From: Candidatus Onthoplasma sp.
GTDB lineage: Bacteria; Bacillota; Clostridia; Christensenellales; UBA1242
Direction of reading: 5' to 3'
DNA length: 64,000 nt
NCBI GenBank assembly: GCA_045578345.1
Contig: JAZNKB010000006.1
Span: forward strand, 38,911 to 102,910
Below the pieces are notes generated by a model. The model saw nothing but the letters and a program-made list of their open reading frames with translations. It had not been told where the DNA came from and ran no database searches. How positions within the stretch are numbered: the first letter of the stretch is position 1; every line of letters starts with the position of its first letter. Positions 8,771 through 20,000 of this stretch are shown in pieces. Made by a program: the position numbers and the translations under genes.

Positions 8771-9421
8771 ATGAAAGAAATTAAGGATGAAGATAGAATT
8801 ATTGCAAGAATTTTGCGTGGTGAGTTGTCAATTGACAACAAGGATATTGAACATCTTGCAAATGCAGACTTAACTGAAGAACAAGAACAAGTTTTTGACA
8901 ACTTGGCAGATGAAATTAAAGAAACAGTCAAAGAAAATCGAGCTAAGAGAAAAGAAGTTCAAGCTAAGATTGAAGAAGTTGAAACAGATCCGCTTGATAA
9001 AATTGATTTGTTAAGAATTGAAGATGATATAAGGGATGCAAACATCAAACTTAAAAATGCAAAAGATAAACCGTTGTCTCTTCTTTGCGGGGGTCTTGGT
9101 GCAACTGTTGTTTTTGGATTGGCTTTCCCATTGATTGCATCTGCTTTCACAAGCTCATTATTTTGGTTAGTGTCAACTTTCCTTGTCGGCTTTAATTTAG
9201 GTGTTATTCCTGCCACATTGTTAATAGGAAAATCTTATAAAGATCAAGAAAAACTTAAACAACAAATTAAAAAATTAGAGCAAGAAAGATTTGAACTTTT
9301 AGAGAGCAAAAATAGTAACATGCCTGAAAGAGATGCTGAACAAACAACAAATATCATAAAACATATTTACGCTTCAAAAGATTTAGATAATGAAGCAGAA
9401 AATATTAAATTAAACTTTTAA
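8771..9421 (+). CDS. hypothetical membrane protein with coiled-coil flanks
   Basis: Two central hydrophobic helices (LLCGGLGATVVFGLAFPLIA, FWLVSTFLVGFNLGVIPATLLI) between charged helical segments. SD aaggag. Confidence 0.7.
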   Translation: MKEIKDEDRIIARILRGELSIDNKDIEHLANADLTEEQEQVFDNLADEIKETVKENRAKRKEVQAKIEEVETDPLDKIDLLRIEDDIRDANIKLKNAKDKPLSLLCGGLGATVVFGLAFPLIASAFTSSLFWLVSTFLVGFNLGVIPATLLIGKSYKDQEKLKQQIKKLEQERFELLESKNSNMPERDAEQTTNIIKHIYASKDLDNEAENIKLNF

Positions 9422-9442
9422 GATAGCAACGCTATCTTTTTT
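9421..9442 (+). terminator. intrinsic terminator
   Basis: agatagc / gctatct hairpin plus T-run. Confidence 0.7.
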
Positions 9443-9463
9443 CTTTTTTGTAATATGATTGAA

Positions 9464-9492
9464 TTGACTTGTTTTAAGTTATTTGGTATAAT
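9464..9492 (+). promoter_or_regulatory. sigma-A-type promoter placed for a leaderless transcript
   Basis: TTGACT, 17-nt spacer, TATAAT. The -10 box ends 6 nt before ATG 9499 and there is no SD. Confidence 0.55.
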
Positions 9493-9498
9493 TTAGTT

Positions 9499-10209
9499 AT
9501 GAATATAACTAATGCAGATATCAAAAATCTTAAAGATAAAAAATATAGGCGAGAAAACAAACTTTTTATGGTGGAAGGCAACAAGTTTTGTGCGGATTTA
9601 TTAAATTCAGACATTGAAATTGTGGTAACAATCACGAGTGATAAAAATTTGAAAGGTTTTCCTAACATTGAAGTGGTGAGTGAAAAAATGTTATCGTCTT
9701 TATCCACAACAAAAACCAATCAAGACATAATTTGTGTTTGTAAAGTTAAAGATTATGGAATTGAATCGGTTGGAAATTCTTTGATTTTAGATAATCTTCA
9801 AGACCCTGGAAATGTTGGAACGTTGGTTCGTTCAGCACTTGCTTTTGGATTTAATGATATCTATTTAGTTGAAGGTGCGGACCCTTATAGTGAAAAAGTT
9901 ATAAGAAGTTCGGCAGGACTAATTATGAATGCAAGACTTCACATCTCAGATTTTGAAACTTTGAAACAAAACAAAGATAAAATCGCAGATGTGTTTATGG
10001 TGGCAGATATGGATGGTGAGAACATCAATAAAGTTCATTTGCCAAAAGGCAAGATAGCTGTTATAATAGGGAATGAAGGGCAAGGTGTTAGTGATCAGTT
10101 TATCAAATTGTCCAACACCAAAGTTTCAATCCCAATGACACCAGTTGTTGAAAGTTTAAATGCTGGCGTTGCAGGAAGCATAATAATGCAAAAAATAAAT
10201 GAAAAATAA
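9499..10209 (+). CDS. TrmH/SpoU-family RNA 2'-O-methyltransferase (YsgA-like)
   Basis: GNEGQGVS and IPM...VESLNAGVAGSIIM SPOUT motifs. Same position after rplT as ysgA in Bacillus. Confidence 0.9.
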   Translation: MNITNADIKNLKDKKYRRENKLFMVEGNKFCADLLNSDIEIVVTITSDKNLKGFPNIEVVSEKMLSSLSTTKTNQDIICVCKVKDYGIESVGNSLILDNLQDPGNVGTLVRSALAFGFNDIYLVEGADPYSEKVIRSSAGLIMNARLHISDFETLKQNKDKIADVFMVADMDGENINKVHLPKGKIAVIIGNEGQGVSDQFIKLSNTKVSIPMTPVVESLNAGVAGSIIMQKINEK

Positions 10210-10312
10210 ATTTAAAATATTTAAGAGTTAAAAAATCGAAACAAATTCGATAAAATAAATTTCTTATCGCTTGTGTTTTGCAAGTGAACCACAAACAAAA
10301 AGGAGAATAATT

Positions 10313-11047
10313 ATGAGTGGACATAGTAAATGGAATAATATTAAAGCAAGAAAAGGTAAATCAGATGCTGAAAGAAGCAAGATTTTCACAAAAATAGGAA
10401 GAGAAATCATGGTTGCTGTTAAGGAAGGTGGAGCAAACGTTGAATCTAACAGCAAACTTAAAATGGCAATTGCGAAGGCAAGACAATATAATATGCCAAA
10501 CGATAGAATTAACAGCGTAATCAAGAAAAACAGCGAAGTTGATATGTCTAACTTTGTTGAACAAACATATGAAGGTTATGGCACAGGCGGTGTTGCTGTT
10601 ATAGTTAAATGTTTAACTGATAACAACAACAGAACAAGTAGTGATATCAAATATGCTTTCGATAAATATGGCGGAAGTTTGGGAACAGCTGGCTGTGTAA
10701 GTTATATGTTCGATAACAAAGGTGTGATTGTTCTTGAAAAGAATGAAAAGTTTGATAGCGATTCAGCAATGGAAATGGCAATTAACCTTGACGCAATTGA
10801 TTGCGAGGATGATGAAGTTTTCACTGTTTACACAGAGCCAAACGCAAATGCGGTTAACAATATGGTTGCTGAGTTTGAAGGTGCTGGATACACAATCTTA
10901 AGTTCAGGTGTTGAAATGATACCTCAAAACTATGCTCAACTTAATGAAAAACAACTTGAATCATTCAACAAAATGCTTGAAAAACTTGATGATAACGACG
11001 ACGTTGTTGACGTAATTCATAACTTAGAGGAAGAAGATGGAGAATAA
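10313..11047 (+). CDS. YebC/PmpR-family DNA-binding regulator
   Basis: MSGHSKWNNIKARKG..D..RSKIFTK. Start moved to ATG 10313 behind aaaggag. Confidence 0.95.
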   Translation: MSGHSKWNNIKARKGKSDAERSKIFTKIGREIMVAVKEGGANVESNSKLKMAIAKARQYNMPNDRINSVIKKNSEVDMSNFVEQTYEGYGTGGVAVIVKCLTDNNNRTSSDIKYAFDKYGGSLGTAGCVSYMFDNKGVIVLEKNEKFDSDSAMEMAINLDAIDCEDDEVFTVYTEPNANAVNNMVAEFEGAGYTILSSGVEMIPQNYAQLNEKQLESFNKMLEKLDDNDDVVDVIHNLEEEDGE

Positions 11048-11624
11048 ACTACTTGAAATAATAAGACAACTTAACGATAACAGAAGCAAACTTTCTGCCT
11101 TGTTTTCGTTGTATAATTCATCATTGATATTAGCTGAAGAAAATAGAGCAGAGTTAATTAACTATTACGAACAAATGATTGATTTGAAAAATGATGTTAA
11201 CTCTTTGTCTCTTATGATTAGTAAAGTTAATAAAGGTGAAAGAGCAGAATTATACAATAAGAACAAGTTCAAAATTAAGAACTTAAACAATGAAATTAAC
11301 CTTGTTAATAACAACTTTAATGATGGTTGCAAAAAGTATAAAATTGCTTTGCAAGAGTGTGGTGGATTAAAAAGCGAATATAAACACACCATAAGCGAAC
11401 TTTGCAAAGAGTTTAAAGCAATTGCAAATGAAGAAACAGATGCAAGCATAATCAAAGGTTACAAACAACAAGTTAAAATCATCAAAGCAATTTTGGAAAA
11501 AATTGAGTTTTTGATTGCTGATTATAATGTTAAGAAAAACAAAGTTGAAAGTGATAATGTTAAATTTTGTGAACTGTATAACAGTGTAAGCACATTACTC
11601 AATCAACTTCAAAGCATTGCGTAA
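11037..11624 (+). CDS. hypothetical coiled-coil protein
   Basis: 195-aa Asn/Lys/Glu-rich helical ORF. SD gaggaag. Overlaps the yebC stop. Confidence 0.6.
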   Translation: MENKLLEIIRQLNDNRSKLSALFSLYNSSLILAEENRAELINYYEQMIDLKNDVNSLSLMISKVNKGERAELYNKNKFKIKNLNNEINLVNNNFNDGCKKYKIALQECGGLKSEYKHTISELCKEFKAIANEETDASIIKGYKQQVKIIKAILEKIEFLIADYNVKKNKVESDNVKFCELYNSVSTLLNQLQSIA

Positions 11625-11632
11625 GGTGATTT

Positions 11633-12118
11633 ATGCGAATTTTAGGTATTGACCCAGGGTATAACATTATTGGCTATGGTGTGATTGAAACCAACGGATG
11701 TAAAGTTGTGGACTATGGTGTTATAACAACTCCAAAGAATATGCCAATAAGTAAGCGTCTTCACACAATATATCAAGCAGCATGTGAGTTGATGGAAACC
11801 TTCAAGCCTGATGAAGTTGCTTTTGAAGAGTTGTTCTTCAACACTAACACAACGACAGCAATTCCAGTGGCGGAAGCAAGAGGTGTGTTAATTGTTGCTT
11901 GCAAACAGTTTGTTGACCGATTGTTTGAATATACACCGCTTCAAATAAAACAGGCTTTAACAGGAAACGGAAGAGCGGAAAAGAAGCAAGTTCAATTCAT
12001 GGTTAAAAGCATATTAGGATTAAATGCTGTTCCTAAACCAGACGACGCGGCTGATGCTCTTGCTGTTGCATTATGTCACAGTCAAACCAACTCAATCATG
12101 AGTGATAATTCAATGTAA
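11633..12118 (+). CDS. ruvC: crossover junction endodeoxyribonuclease RuvC
   Basis: MRILGIDPGY..GYGVIE and DAADALAVALCH. Confidence 0.93.
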   Translation: MRILGIDPGYNIIGYGVIETNGCKVVDYGVITTPKNMPISKRLHTIYQAACELMETFKPDEVAFEELFFNTNTTTAIPVAEARGVLIVACKQFVDRLFEYTPLQIKQALTGNGRAEKKQVQFMVKSILGLNAVPKPDDAADALAVALCHSQTNSIMSDNSM

Positions 12119-12132
12119 TAATAAGGAAATTT

Positions 12133-12732
12133 ATGTTAGGATTTATTAAAGGAATTTTAAGAGATAAAGATTACGACAACATCACCGTTGAATGCGGTGG
12201 TGTTGGTTTTAATATAATGGTAACAAATAGTTGTATGGCAAATCTTCCCGGCGTTGATGAAGAAGTGAAAATTTACACATATTTGCACGTCCGTGAAGAC
12301 GAAATGAGTTTATACGGTTTTGAAAGTCCGGAAGAAAAACGTCTTTTCTTGCAACTTATAACAGTTAGCGGTGTTGGAAGCAAAACCGCAATTGGAATTT
12401 TAAGTGCTGAACGAATGAGTGCAATCATTAACAGCATTATAAATGAAGATACTTCAGTTATTGCAAATTGCAAAGGCATTGGAAAGAAAACGGCAGAGCG
12501 AATTATTTTGGAACTTAAAGATAAAATCAAACCATTTGACTATATCATTCCAAATGACAACCTATTTAATGCAATGCAAGAAAATTCTAAAGCCCTTGAA
12601 GATGCGTTAATTGTTTTAACAAGTTTAGGCTTAAGCAAAAATGATGCAACAAAAAAAGCAAAAGAAGTTATGACTAAACATGACACAGCTGAACAAATTG
12701 TTGCTAAAGTTCTTCATGATATGGGAGGATAG
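12133..12732 (+). CDS. ruvA: Holliday junction helicase subunit RuvA
   Basis: GVGF.I.V, HhH LITVSGVGSKTAIGILS, GIGKKTAERIILELKDK. Confidence 0.93.
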   Translation: MLGFIKGILRDKDYDNITVECGGVGFNIMVTNSCMANLPGVDEEVKIYTYLHVREDEMSLYGFESPEEKRLFLQLITVSGVGSKTAIGILSAERMSAIINSIINEDTSVIANCKGIGKKTAERIILELKDKIKPFDYIIPNDNLFNAMQENSKALEDALIVLTSLGLSKNDATKKAKEVMTKHDTAEQIVAKVLHDMGG

Positions 12733-12810
12733 CTCAAGACATTCGCCTTTCACTTAGGTTGCAAGCAAAAGTCGTTCAAGGCAAAAATCTTTCGCTTAGA
12801 ATAAAGCGGA
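12733..12810 (+). repeat. family B repeat starting at the ruvA stop codon
   Basis: ctttcacttaggttgcaagcaaaagtcgt matches 43532-43563. The tail tttcgcttagaataaagcgga matches 51373-51393. Confidence 0.7.
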
Positions 12811-12840
12811 TATTTATATAGGACAACGCAATCTTTATAT

Positions 12841-12957
12841 GTCATCCTGAGCGGAGTTTGCGGAGTCGAAGGATCCCCTAGATGTTTTACGACACAATGA
12901 AGACATGAAGGAATATATTACACAAAGTTTCGTTTTCTGATTATGGGATGTTTCGGC
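12841..12957 (+). repeat. family A repeat, long form with truncated inverted unit
   Basis: gtcatcctgagcggagtttgcggagtcgaaggatcccc, then tctgattatgggatgtttcggc, identical to 2933-2954. Confidence 0.85.
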
Positions 12958-13007
12958 AAAATTAATGCTTTACACAACGAAGGATTTCAAAATAAAATGA
13001 GGGTAAA

Positions 13008-13541
13008 ATGATATATTTAGTTAGACATGGACAAACTGATGACAATAAAAACCACATTATTCAAGGAAACAATCCATTAAATGATGTTGGAAAACAGCAA
13101 GTTCAAGACACTGCTGAGATATTGAAAGATGTTAAATTTGATGTTTGTTTTTGTTCGCCAATGAAAAGAACGGTTCAGACGTTAGAAATCATTGCAAAAC
13201 ACCATAAGAATATGCCAATCATATATGATGAACGATTGAAAGAAAGAGATTATGGAAACCTTGTTGGAATTTGTTATGACACGATTAAACAATATTCTGA
13301 TATTCGTTGGAATTCAAACTACACAATTAATGAAACAGTTGAAACACCAATTCAACTTTTCGAAAGAGTTTCTGGGTTTTATGAAGATATTCTAAATAGA
13401 TATAAAGGTAAGAACATTTTAATAGTTGCCCATAGCGGTATTGCAAGAATGACATATTTCTATTTTAATGGAAAACCTGAAAATGGTGATTACACAAATT
13501 TTGGAATTAAAAACGCACACGTTATGCAAATAGAAAATTAA
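13008..13541 (+). CDS. histidine phosphatase family protein (phosphoglycerate mutase-like)
   Basis: LVRHGQTDDN catalytic motif and a later AHSG histidine. Confidence 0.88.
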   Translation: MIYLVRHGQTDDNKNHIIQGNNPLNDVGKQQVQDTAEILKDVKFDVCFCSPMKRTVQTLEIIAKHHKNMPIIYDERLKERDYGNLVGICYDTIKQYSDIRWNSNYTINETVETPIQLFERVSGFYEDILNRYKGKNILIVAHSGIARMTYFYFNGKPENGDYTNFGIKNAHVMQIEN

Positions 13542-13609
13542 AGGCGAAAATATAGAAAAAGATTTAACAAAAGAATGGACTAAATTTTTAAAAGGAATTT
13601 AAAGGAAAT

Positions 13610-14134
13610 ATGAAAAATGTTGTAATTATTTCTTCGAGTATGCGAAAAGGAAATTCAGACAAATTATGTGATGAATTCGAAAACGGTGCAAAAGAGAACA
13701 ATAATGTTATACAAATAAATTTAAGAGATATTAATCTAAAGTTTTGTGTTTCATGTTGCGATTGCTATAATATAGGTAAATGTAGACTCAATGATGATAT
13801 GAATTCGTTATATGAAACAATAAAAAATGCCGATGTTTTGGTGTTTGCAACTCCTATATATTTTGGAGAAATGAGTGGGCAATTAAAAGTATTTTTGGAT
13901 AGGCTTTACCCAATATATCAAAAATTACAGGCAAAGGAAGCATATATAATTGCAACTTGTTATCAAAATGACAAATCTTTTATTGATGATTCAATTTTGG
14001 GCATTAAAAGATTTTTAGAAGATGCTGGTAATATAAAATTACAAAAAATAATATATGGCGAGAACACTGACGAAATTGATGACATAACCGAAGAACAATG
14101 CAATATAGCATATTCTATTGGTAAACAAGTTTAA
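13610..14134 (+). CDS. flavodoxin-like fold NAD(P)H-dependent FMN reductase / iron-sulfur flavoprotein family
   Basis: SSSMRKGNS flavin-phosphate loop, Cys cluster CVSCCDCYNIGKC, ADVLVFATPIYFGEMSGQLK. Confidence 0.8.
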   Translation: MKNVVIISSSMRKGNSDKLCDEFENGAKENNNVIQINLRDINLKFCVSCCDCYNIGKCRLNDDMNSLYETIKNADVLVFATPIYFGEMSGQLKVFLDRLYPIYQKLQAKEAYIIATCYQNDKSFIDDSILGIKRFLEDAGNIKLQKIIYGENTDEIDDITEEQCNIAYSIGKQV

Positions 14135-14224
14135 TTTTTATTGCCAAAGTCAATAAAAGAAAATATTTTTTCTTTTGTTACATTCTAAAAGAAAGCAAAA
14201 TAAATAAAAAAAGGAAACAAAAAA

Positions 14225-15268
14225 GTGGAAGAGAGAGATAGATTTATATCAAGCACAAAGAATATGAGTGATGTGGAAGTTGAAAACAAACTTCGTCCTA
14301 TTTCATTTGATGAATATGTGGGGCAAGAAAAGATTAAATCTAATCTTAAAGTTTTCATTTCTGCAGCAAAAAAGCGTAAAGAAGCGTTAGACCACGTATT
14401 ATTGTATGGTCCACCAGGACTTGGAAAAACAACATTGAGCCACATCATTGCAAATGAAATTGGCAGTCAAATTAAAATCACAAGTGGGCCAAGCATTGAA
14501 AATGCTGCTGATTTGGCAGCAATTTTAACAAATCTAGGCACAAATGACGTGCTTTTCATTGATGAAATACACAGAATGAGCAAATCGGTTGAAGAAATTT
14601 TATATCCTGCAATGGAAGACTATGCACTTGATTTCATAGTTGGAAAAGGTCCAAGTGCAAGAAGTATGAGACTTAAAATTCAACCTTTCACATTAATTGG
14701 CGCAACAACAAAAGCAGGAAATTTATCTAGTCCACTTAGAGACCGTTTTGGAATTTCATGCAGACTTGAATTGTATACGGTTGAAGAAATTTCTCTCATA
14801 TTAAAGAGAAGTGCCAGAATTCTAGGTGTTGAAATTGATGAGGAAGCCACAATGGAAATGGCAAGAAGAAGTAGAGGAACACCACGTATTGCAAATAGAT
14901 TGCTTCGACGTGTGCGCGACTTTGTTCAAGTTGAAGATAAAAATGTTATCACTTCGGAAGATGCAAAAAGAGCAATGGAACTTATGGATATTGACGGTAA
15001 AGGTCTTGATTTTGTTGACAAACGTGTTCTTATGGCTATGATTGAGAAGTTTGGTGGTGGTCCTGTTGGTCTTGACACTTTAAGTGCAACAACAAATGAA
15101 GAAGTTTCAACCATTGAAGATATTGTTGAACCATATTTGTTGCAACTTGGTTTTGTTGTTAGAACAAATCGCGGAAGATGTGTAACAAAAATTGCATATG
15201 AACATTTGGGTTTGCCAGTTCCAAAAAGTTTAAGAGAAGAAATACAAGGAGAAGAAAATGGCGATTAA
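14225..15268 (+). CDS. ruvB: Holliday junction helicase subunit RuvB
   Basis: [11 protein letters not shown], Walker [10 protein letters not shown], Walker B LFIDEIH. GTG start. Confidence 0.97.
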   Translation: MEERDRFISSTKNMSDVEVENKLRPISFDEYVGQEKIKSNLKVFISAAKKRKEALDHVLLYGPPGLGKTTLSHIIANEIGSQIKITSGPSIENAADLAAILTNLGTNDVLFIDEIHRMSKSVEEILYPAMEDYALDFIVGKGPSARSMRLKIQPFTLIGATTKAGNLSSPLRDRFGISCRLELYTVEEISLILKRSARILGVEIDEEATMEMARRSRGTPRIANRLLRRVRDFVQVEDKNVITSEDAKRAMELMDIDGKGLDFVDKRVLMAMIEKFGGGPVGLDTLSATTNEEVSTIEDIVEPYLLQLGFVVRTNRGRCVTKIAYEHLGLPVPKSLREEIQGEENGD

Positions 15269-16292
15269 TTACACAAAACTTTCAACATACGATTATCGTT
15301 TGCCCGAGGATCTTATTGCGCAAACACCGATTGAAAAACGCGATGAGAGTAGACTTCTTGTGTTTGATAGAAAAACCAAAGACACCTATCACAGAACATT
15401 TAAAGACATAAAATCATTTTTGAAAAAAGGTGATGTTTTAGTTGTTAATAACACTCGTGTTATGCCAGCAAGATTAATGGCACAAAAAGACACAGGTGCA
15501 GTGGTTGAAATATTACTTCTTAAAAGAAGAAACCTTACAGATTTTGAAGTTTTAATGAAACCAGCAAAAAGAGTGAAAGTTGGAACAACTCTCACTATCA
15601 GTGAAGAACTTAAATGTGAACTTGTTGAAGTTTTAGACAATGGAAACAGGATTCTTCGATTTATCTTTAAAGGAGTTTTGGAAGATATTTTGGACAGAGT
15701 TGGTAGTATGCCTCTCCCACATTACATTCACGAAAAACTTAAAGATAAAGAAAGGTATCAAACAGTGTATAACAAGGTTGATGGTAGTGCTGCGGCACCC
15801 ACCGCAGGTTTACACTTTACAAAAGAATTGATGAAAGAAATACAAGATATGGGGGTTGAGATACTAGAACTTACCCTTGATGTTGGTCTTGGAACTTTCC
15901 GACCATGCAAAGAAGAAGACATAACAAAACATGTTATGCACACTGAACATTATCGTTTAAGTAAAGAAGTTGCGGAGCGTATTAACAAGGCAAAAATTGA
16001 AAATAGGCGTGTTATTGCGGTTGGAACAACAAGTGTGAGAACACTTGAGAGTGTTGCTCGAAAAGGAATGCCACTCACAGCAGATGATGACGACACAAGC
16101 ATTTTCATTTATCCGCCATATAAGTTTAAGGTGGTTGACGCGCTTATTACAAACTTCCACTTGCCAAAGAGTACTTTAATTATGTTAGTTAGTGCATTTG
16201 CGGGATATGAAAACACAATGGATTTATATGAAACCGCAGTAGAAAATTCTTATAGATTTTTCTCTTTCGGCGACGCAATGTTTATCTCGTAA
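15258..16292 (+). CDS. queA: S-adenosylmethionine:tRNA ribosyltransferase-isomerase
   Basis: [40 protein letters not shown]. Confidence 0.97.
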   Translation: MAINYTKLSTYDYRLPEDLIAQTPIEKRDESRLLVFDRKTKDTYHRTFKDIKSFLKKGDVLVVNNTRVMPARLMAQKDTGAVVEILLLKRRNLTDFEVLMKPAKRVKVGTTLTISEELKCELVEVLDNGNRILRFIFKGVLEDILDRVGSMPLPHYIHEKLKDKERYQTVYNKVDGSAAAPTAGLHFTKELMKEIQDMGVEILELTLDVGLGTFRPCKEEDITKHVMHTEHYRLSKEVAERINKAKIENRRVIAVGTTSVRTLESVARKGMPLTADDDDTSIFIYPPYKFKVVDALITNFHLPKSTLIMLVSAFAGYENTMDLYETAVENSYRFFSFGDAMFIS

Positions 16293-16345
16293 ACTCGACT
16301 TTTTTAATCGTTTTTGACAAGCAAAAACTTCAGTTTCAGTCGGTT
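16293..16345 (+). repeat. degenerate family B-like sequence starting at the queA stop codon
   Basis: Hairpin gtttttg/caaaaac. aagcaaaaac...agtcg resembles aagcaaaagtcg at 12764-12775. Confidence 0.4.
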
Positions 16346-16427
16346 TACTTCGATTCTATGAAGGAACACCAAAGGTTTTCCTTCATTGCTTCTTTTCCTA
16401 AGAGGAAATTATTTAAAAGGATAATTT

Positions 16428-18242
<1,815 letters not shown>

Positions 18243-18243
<1 letters not shown>

Positions 18244-18794
18244 TGAAGCTAACACTAAAAGATTTTATCAAAATGGAAGAGATAGAACATCAATATTTTC
18301 CAAATGAAAATATCTCTTCAGCACAAGAAGCCTACAATTGGTATTTAGCAGATAACAATTCATGCGTTGTGGTTAAAAAAAATGAAAAAGTTGTTGCTTT
18401 TGTTAATATTCTTTCATTAAAGAAAGATATTTATGACAAAGTAAAATTTAATATAATGAATGAAAGTGAAATTCTAGTTCACGATTTAGAACTAAACAAA
18501 GATAAATATGATAATTATTTGTATTTTTCAACTATTGCAATTGATAAGAATTATAGAAACACACAAACTTTAAGAAACTTATTGAATGTAACTATTGAAA
18601 AGATAATTGAAATTGTAAATTTTGGTTGTGAAATTAAAGAAGTTATGGCGGATTGTGCAACACAGCAAGGCGAAAAAATAGCTCAAAGATTTTTAAAATT
18701 AAAACCTTTTATTAAAACCTCTCATAATTCGGTTATTCATGTTTTAAGCGGAGAAGAATTTTTAAAAGTTGTAAAAAATATTATAAAAAATTAA
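18243..18794 (+). CDS. hypothetical protein (possibly acetyltransferase-like fold, unproven)
   Basis: 183-aa ORF whose ATG overlaps the tgt stop (TAATG). No firm motif. Confidence 0.55.
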
Positions 18795-18855
18795 AAATTC
18801 AACAATATTCTTAAAAATTTAAAACAATTTTCATATAAATTATGCGTAAAATAAA

Positions 18856-18884
18856 TTGACTTGAAAATTTTGCTTTGGTATAAT
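18856..18884 (+). promoter_or_regulatory. sigma-A-type promoter of yajC
   Basis: TTGACT, 17-nt spacer, TATAAT. Confidence 0.6.
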
Positions 18885-18905
18885 TAAATAAGTAAGGGGA
18901 GAAAT

Positions 18906-19265
18906 ATGTTAGAAATTATTTTAGTTGTAGTTTTAATTGTGCTTTTGGTTGCTTTGTTTGTAATCAGTACAATGAAAAAGAAAAAATTTAATGCCGAAAT
19001 GGGTCAAATGCGTGAAGAACTTAAAAAAGGTGACAAGGTTATGACTGATTCAGGTATTGTAGGTGAAGTAGTTGAATCTTTCACAGAAGAAGAATATAAA
19101 TACTTTGTTCTTAAATCTGGTAAAGGTGAAAACACTGGATACTTTACAGTTCATGGAAATGCAATTTACTATGTTTTTGGTAAAGAACAAAAAGAAACAA
19201 AAACAGTGGTTGTTAATCCTAAGAAAACTGAAGAAAAGAAAGAAGAGACAAAAGAAGAAAAATAA
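18906..19265 (+). CDS. yajC: preprotein translocase subunit YajC
   Basis: N-terminal TM helix, then KKGDKVMTDSGIVGEVV. Position between tgt and secDF. Confidence 0.85.
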   Translation: MLEIILVVVLIVLLVALFVISTMKKKKFNAEMGQMREELKKGDKVMTDSGIVGEVVESFTEEEYKYFVLKSGKGENTGYFTVHGNAIYYVFGKEQKETKTVVVNPKKTEEKKEETKEEK

Positions 19266-19266
19266 T

Positions 19267-19292
19267 AAAACACAGCACACGCTGTGTTTTTT
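19267..19292 (+). terminator. intrinsic terminator after yajC
   Basis: acacagc / gctgtgt hairpin plus T-run. Confidence 0.8.
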
Positions 19293-19294
19293 AT

Positions 19295-19357
19295 ATTCTT
19301 GTTTGGGTCGTTAGAGTGTTGGTCTACGGAACCAAAGGTCAATGGTTTGAATATCCT
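19295..19357 (+). pseudogene. tRNA-Arg(ACG)-like remnant (no acceptor stem, degraded T arm)
   Basis: TAGAG D-arm piece. Perfect anticodon arm ttggt-CTACGGA-accaa (anticodon ACG at 19326-19328). Variable region aggtc. T-loop-like GGTTTGAAT. Confidence 0.45.
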
Positions 19358-19384
19358 TTTAAATTTACTCTATAAATCAACAAA

Positions 19385-19411
19385 AACAGTGACTTTTTGC
19401 GCTGTTTTTTT
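19385..19411 (+). terminator. second intrinsic terminator downstream of the tRNA-like remnant
   Basis: aacagtg / cgctgtt hairpin plus T7. Confidence 0.6.
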
Positions 19412-19455
19412 GTTATCAATGCGAAATTTTTTAATAAATTAAAGTAGGAGGCGTT

Positions 19456-19854
19456 ATGCAAAAACTTAAATCTATTAAATTGAGCGGATTGCTCGGCATA
19501 ATCAAATGTTGTTTGATTGGAATTATTGCAACATTAATTGGTACTGTGATTTTTGCCTTTGTGCTTAAATTTGCAAATTTATCATCAACAATAATCAGTT
19601 ATATCAATGATGTTATAAAGTTATTTTCAATTTTTATAATGATAACTTGCATTAAAAGAAGTGGTGGAGACAGGCTTTTTTTGAAAGCTATATTTGCAGG
19701 CTTAATTTATGCATTGCTTAGTTTTGTTATTTTTTCAATTTTAAATGGTGGTTTCGTTTTCGATTTGTCATTAATTTATGACTTATTATTTGCAATAATT
19801 GTTTCGGCAATAGTGTCAGTTATTATTAATATCTTAAATCGCAAAAACGTGTAA
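19456..19854 (+). CDS. small integral membrane protein (TIGR04086/YrzE-like, tentative)
   Basis: 132 aa with four hydrophobic helices. SD aggagg. Position between yajC and secD. Confidence 0.65.
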   Translation: MQKLKSIKLSGLLGIIKCCLIGIIATLIGTVIFAFVLKFANLSSTIISYINDVIKLFSIFIMITCIKRSGGDRLFLKAIFAGLIYALLSFVIFSILNGGFVFDLSLIYDLLFAIIVSAIVSVIINILNRKNV

Positions 19855-20000
19855 TAAATAAATGGTTTTAGTCAATAATTCTTCTATTAGATTTTATATA
19901 TAATATTGCTAATTCTGGGTTGTTTTGTTTGACAAAATTTTTGAGATTATATATAATATGTCTTGAATTAGGAGAAAGAACAAATTCAAAAAGGAGAATT

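Noticed and set aside
19358-19384. ctctataaatcaacaaaaa downstream of the tRNA-like remnant looks superficially like the A-rich tail of a preQ1-I riboswitch, and the queA/tgt genes are nearby.
   Set aside because: I could not find a convincing P1 hairpin or the conserved CCC/ACUA context. The downstream membrane protein does not look like a QueT-type transporter. A covariance-model search would be needed.
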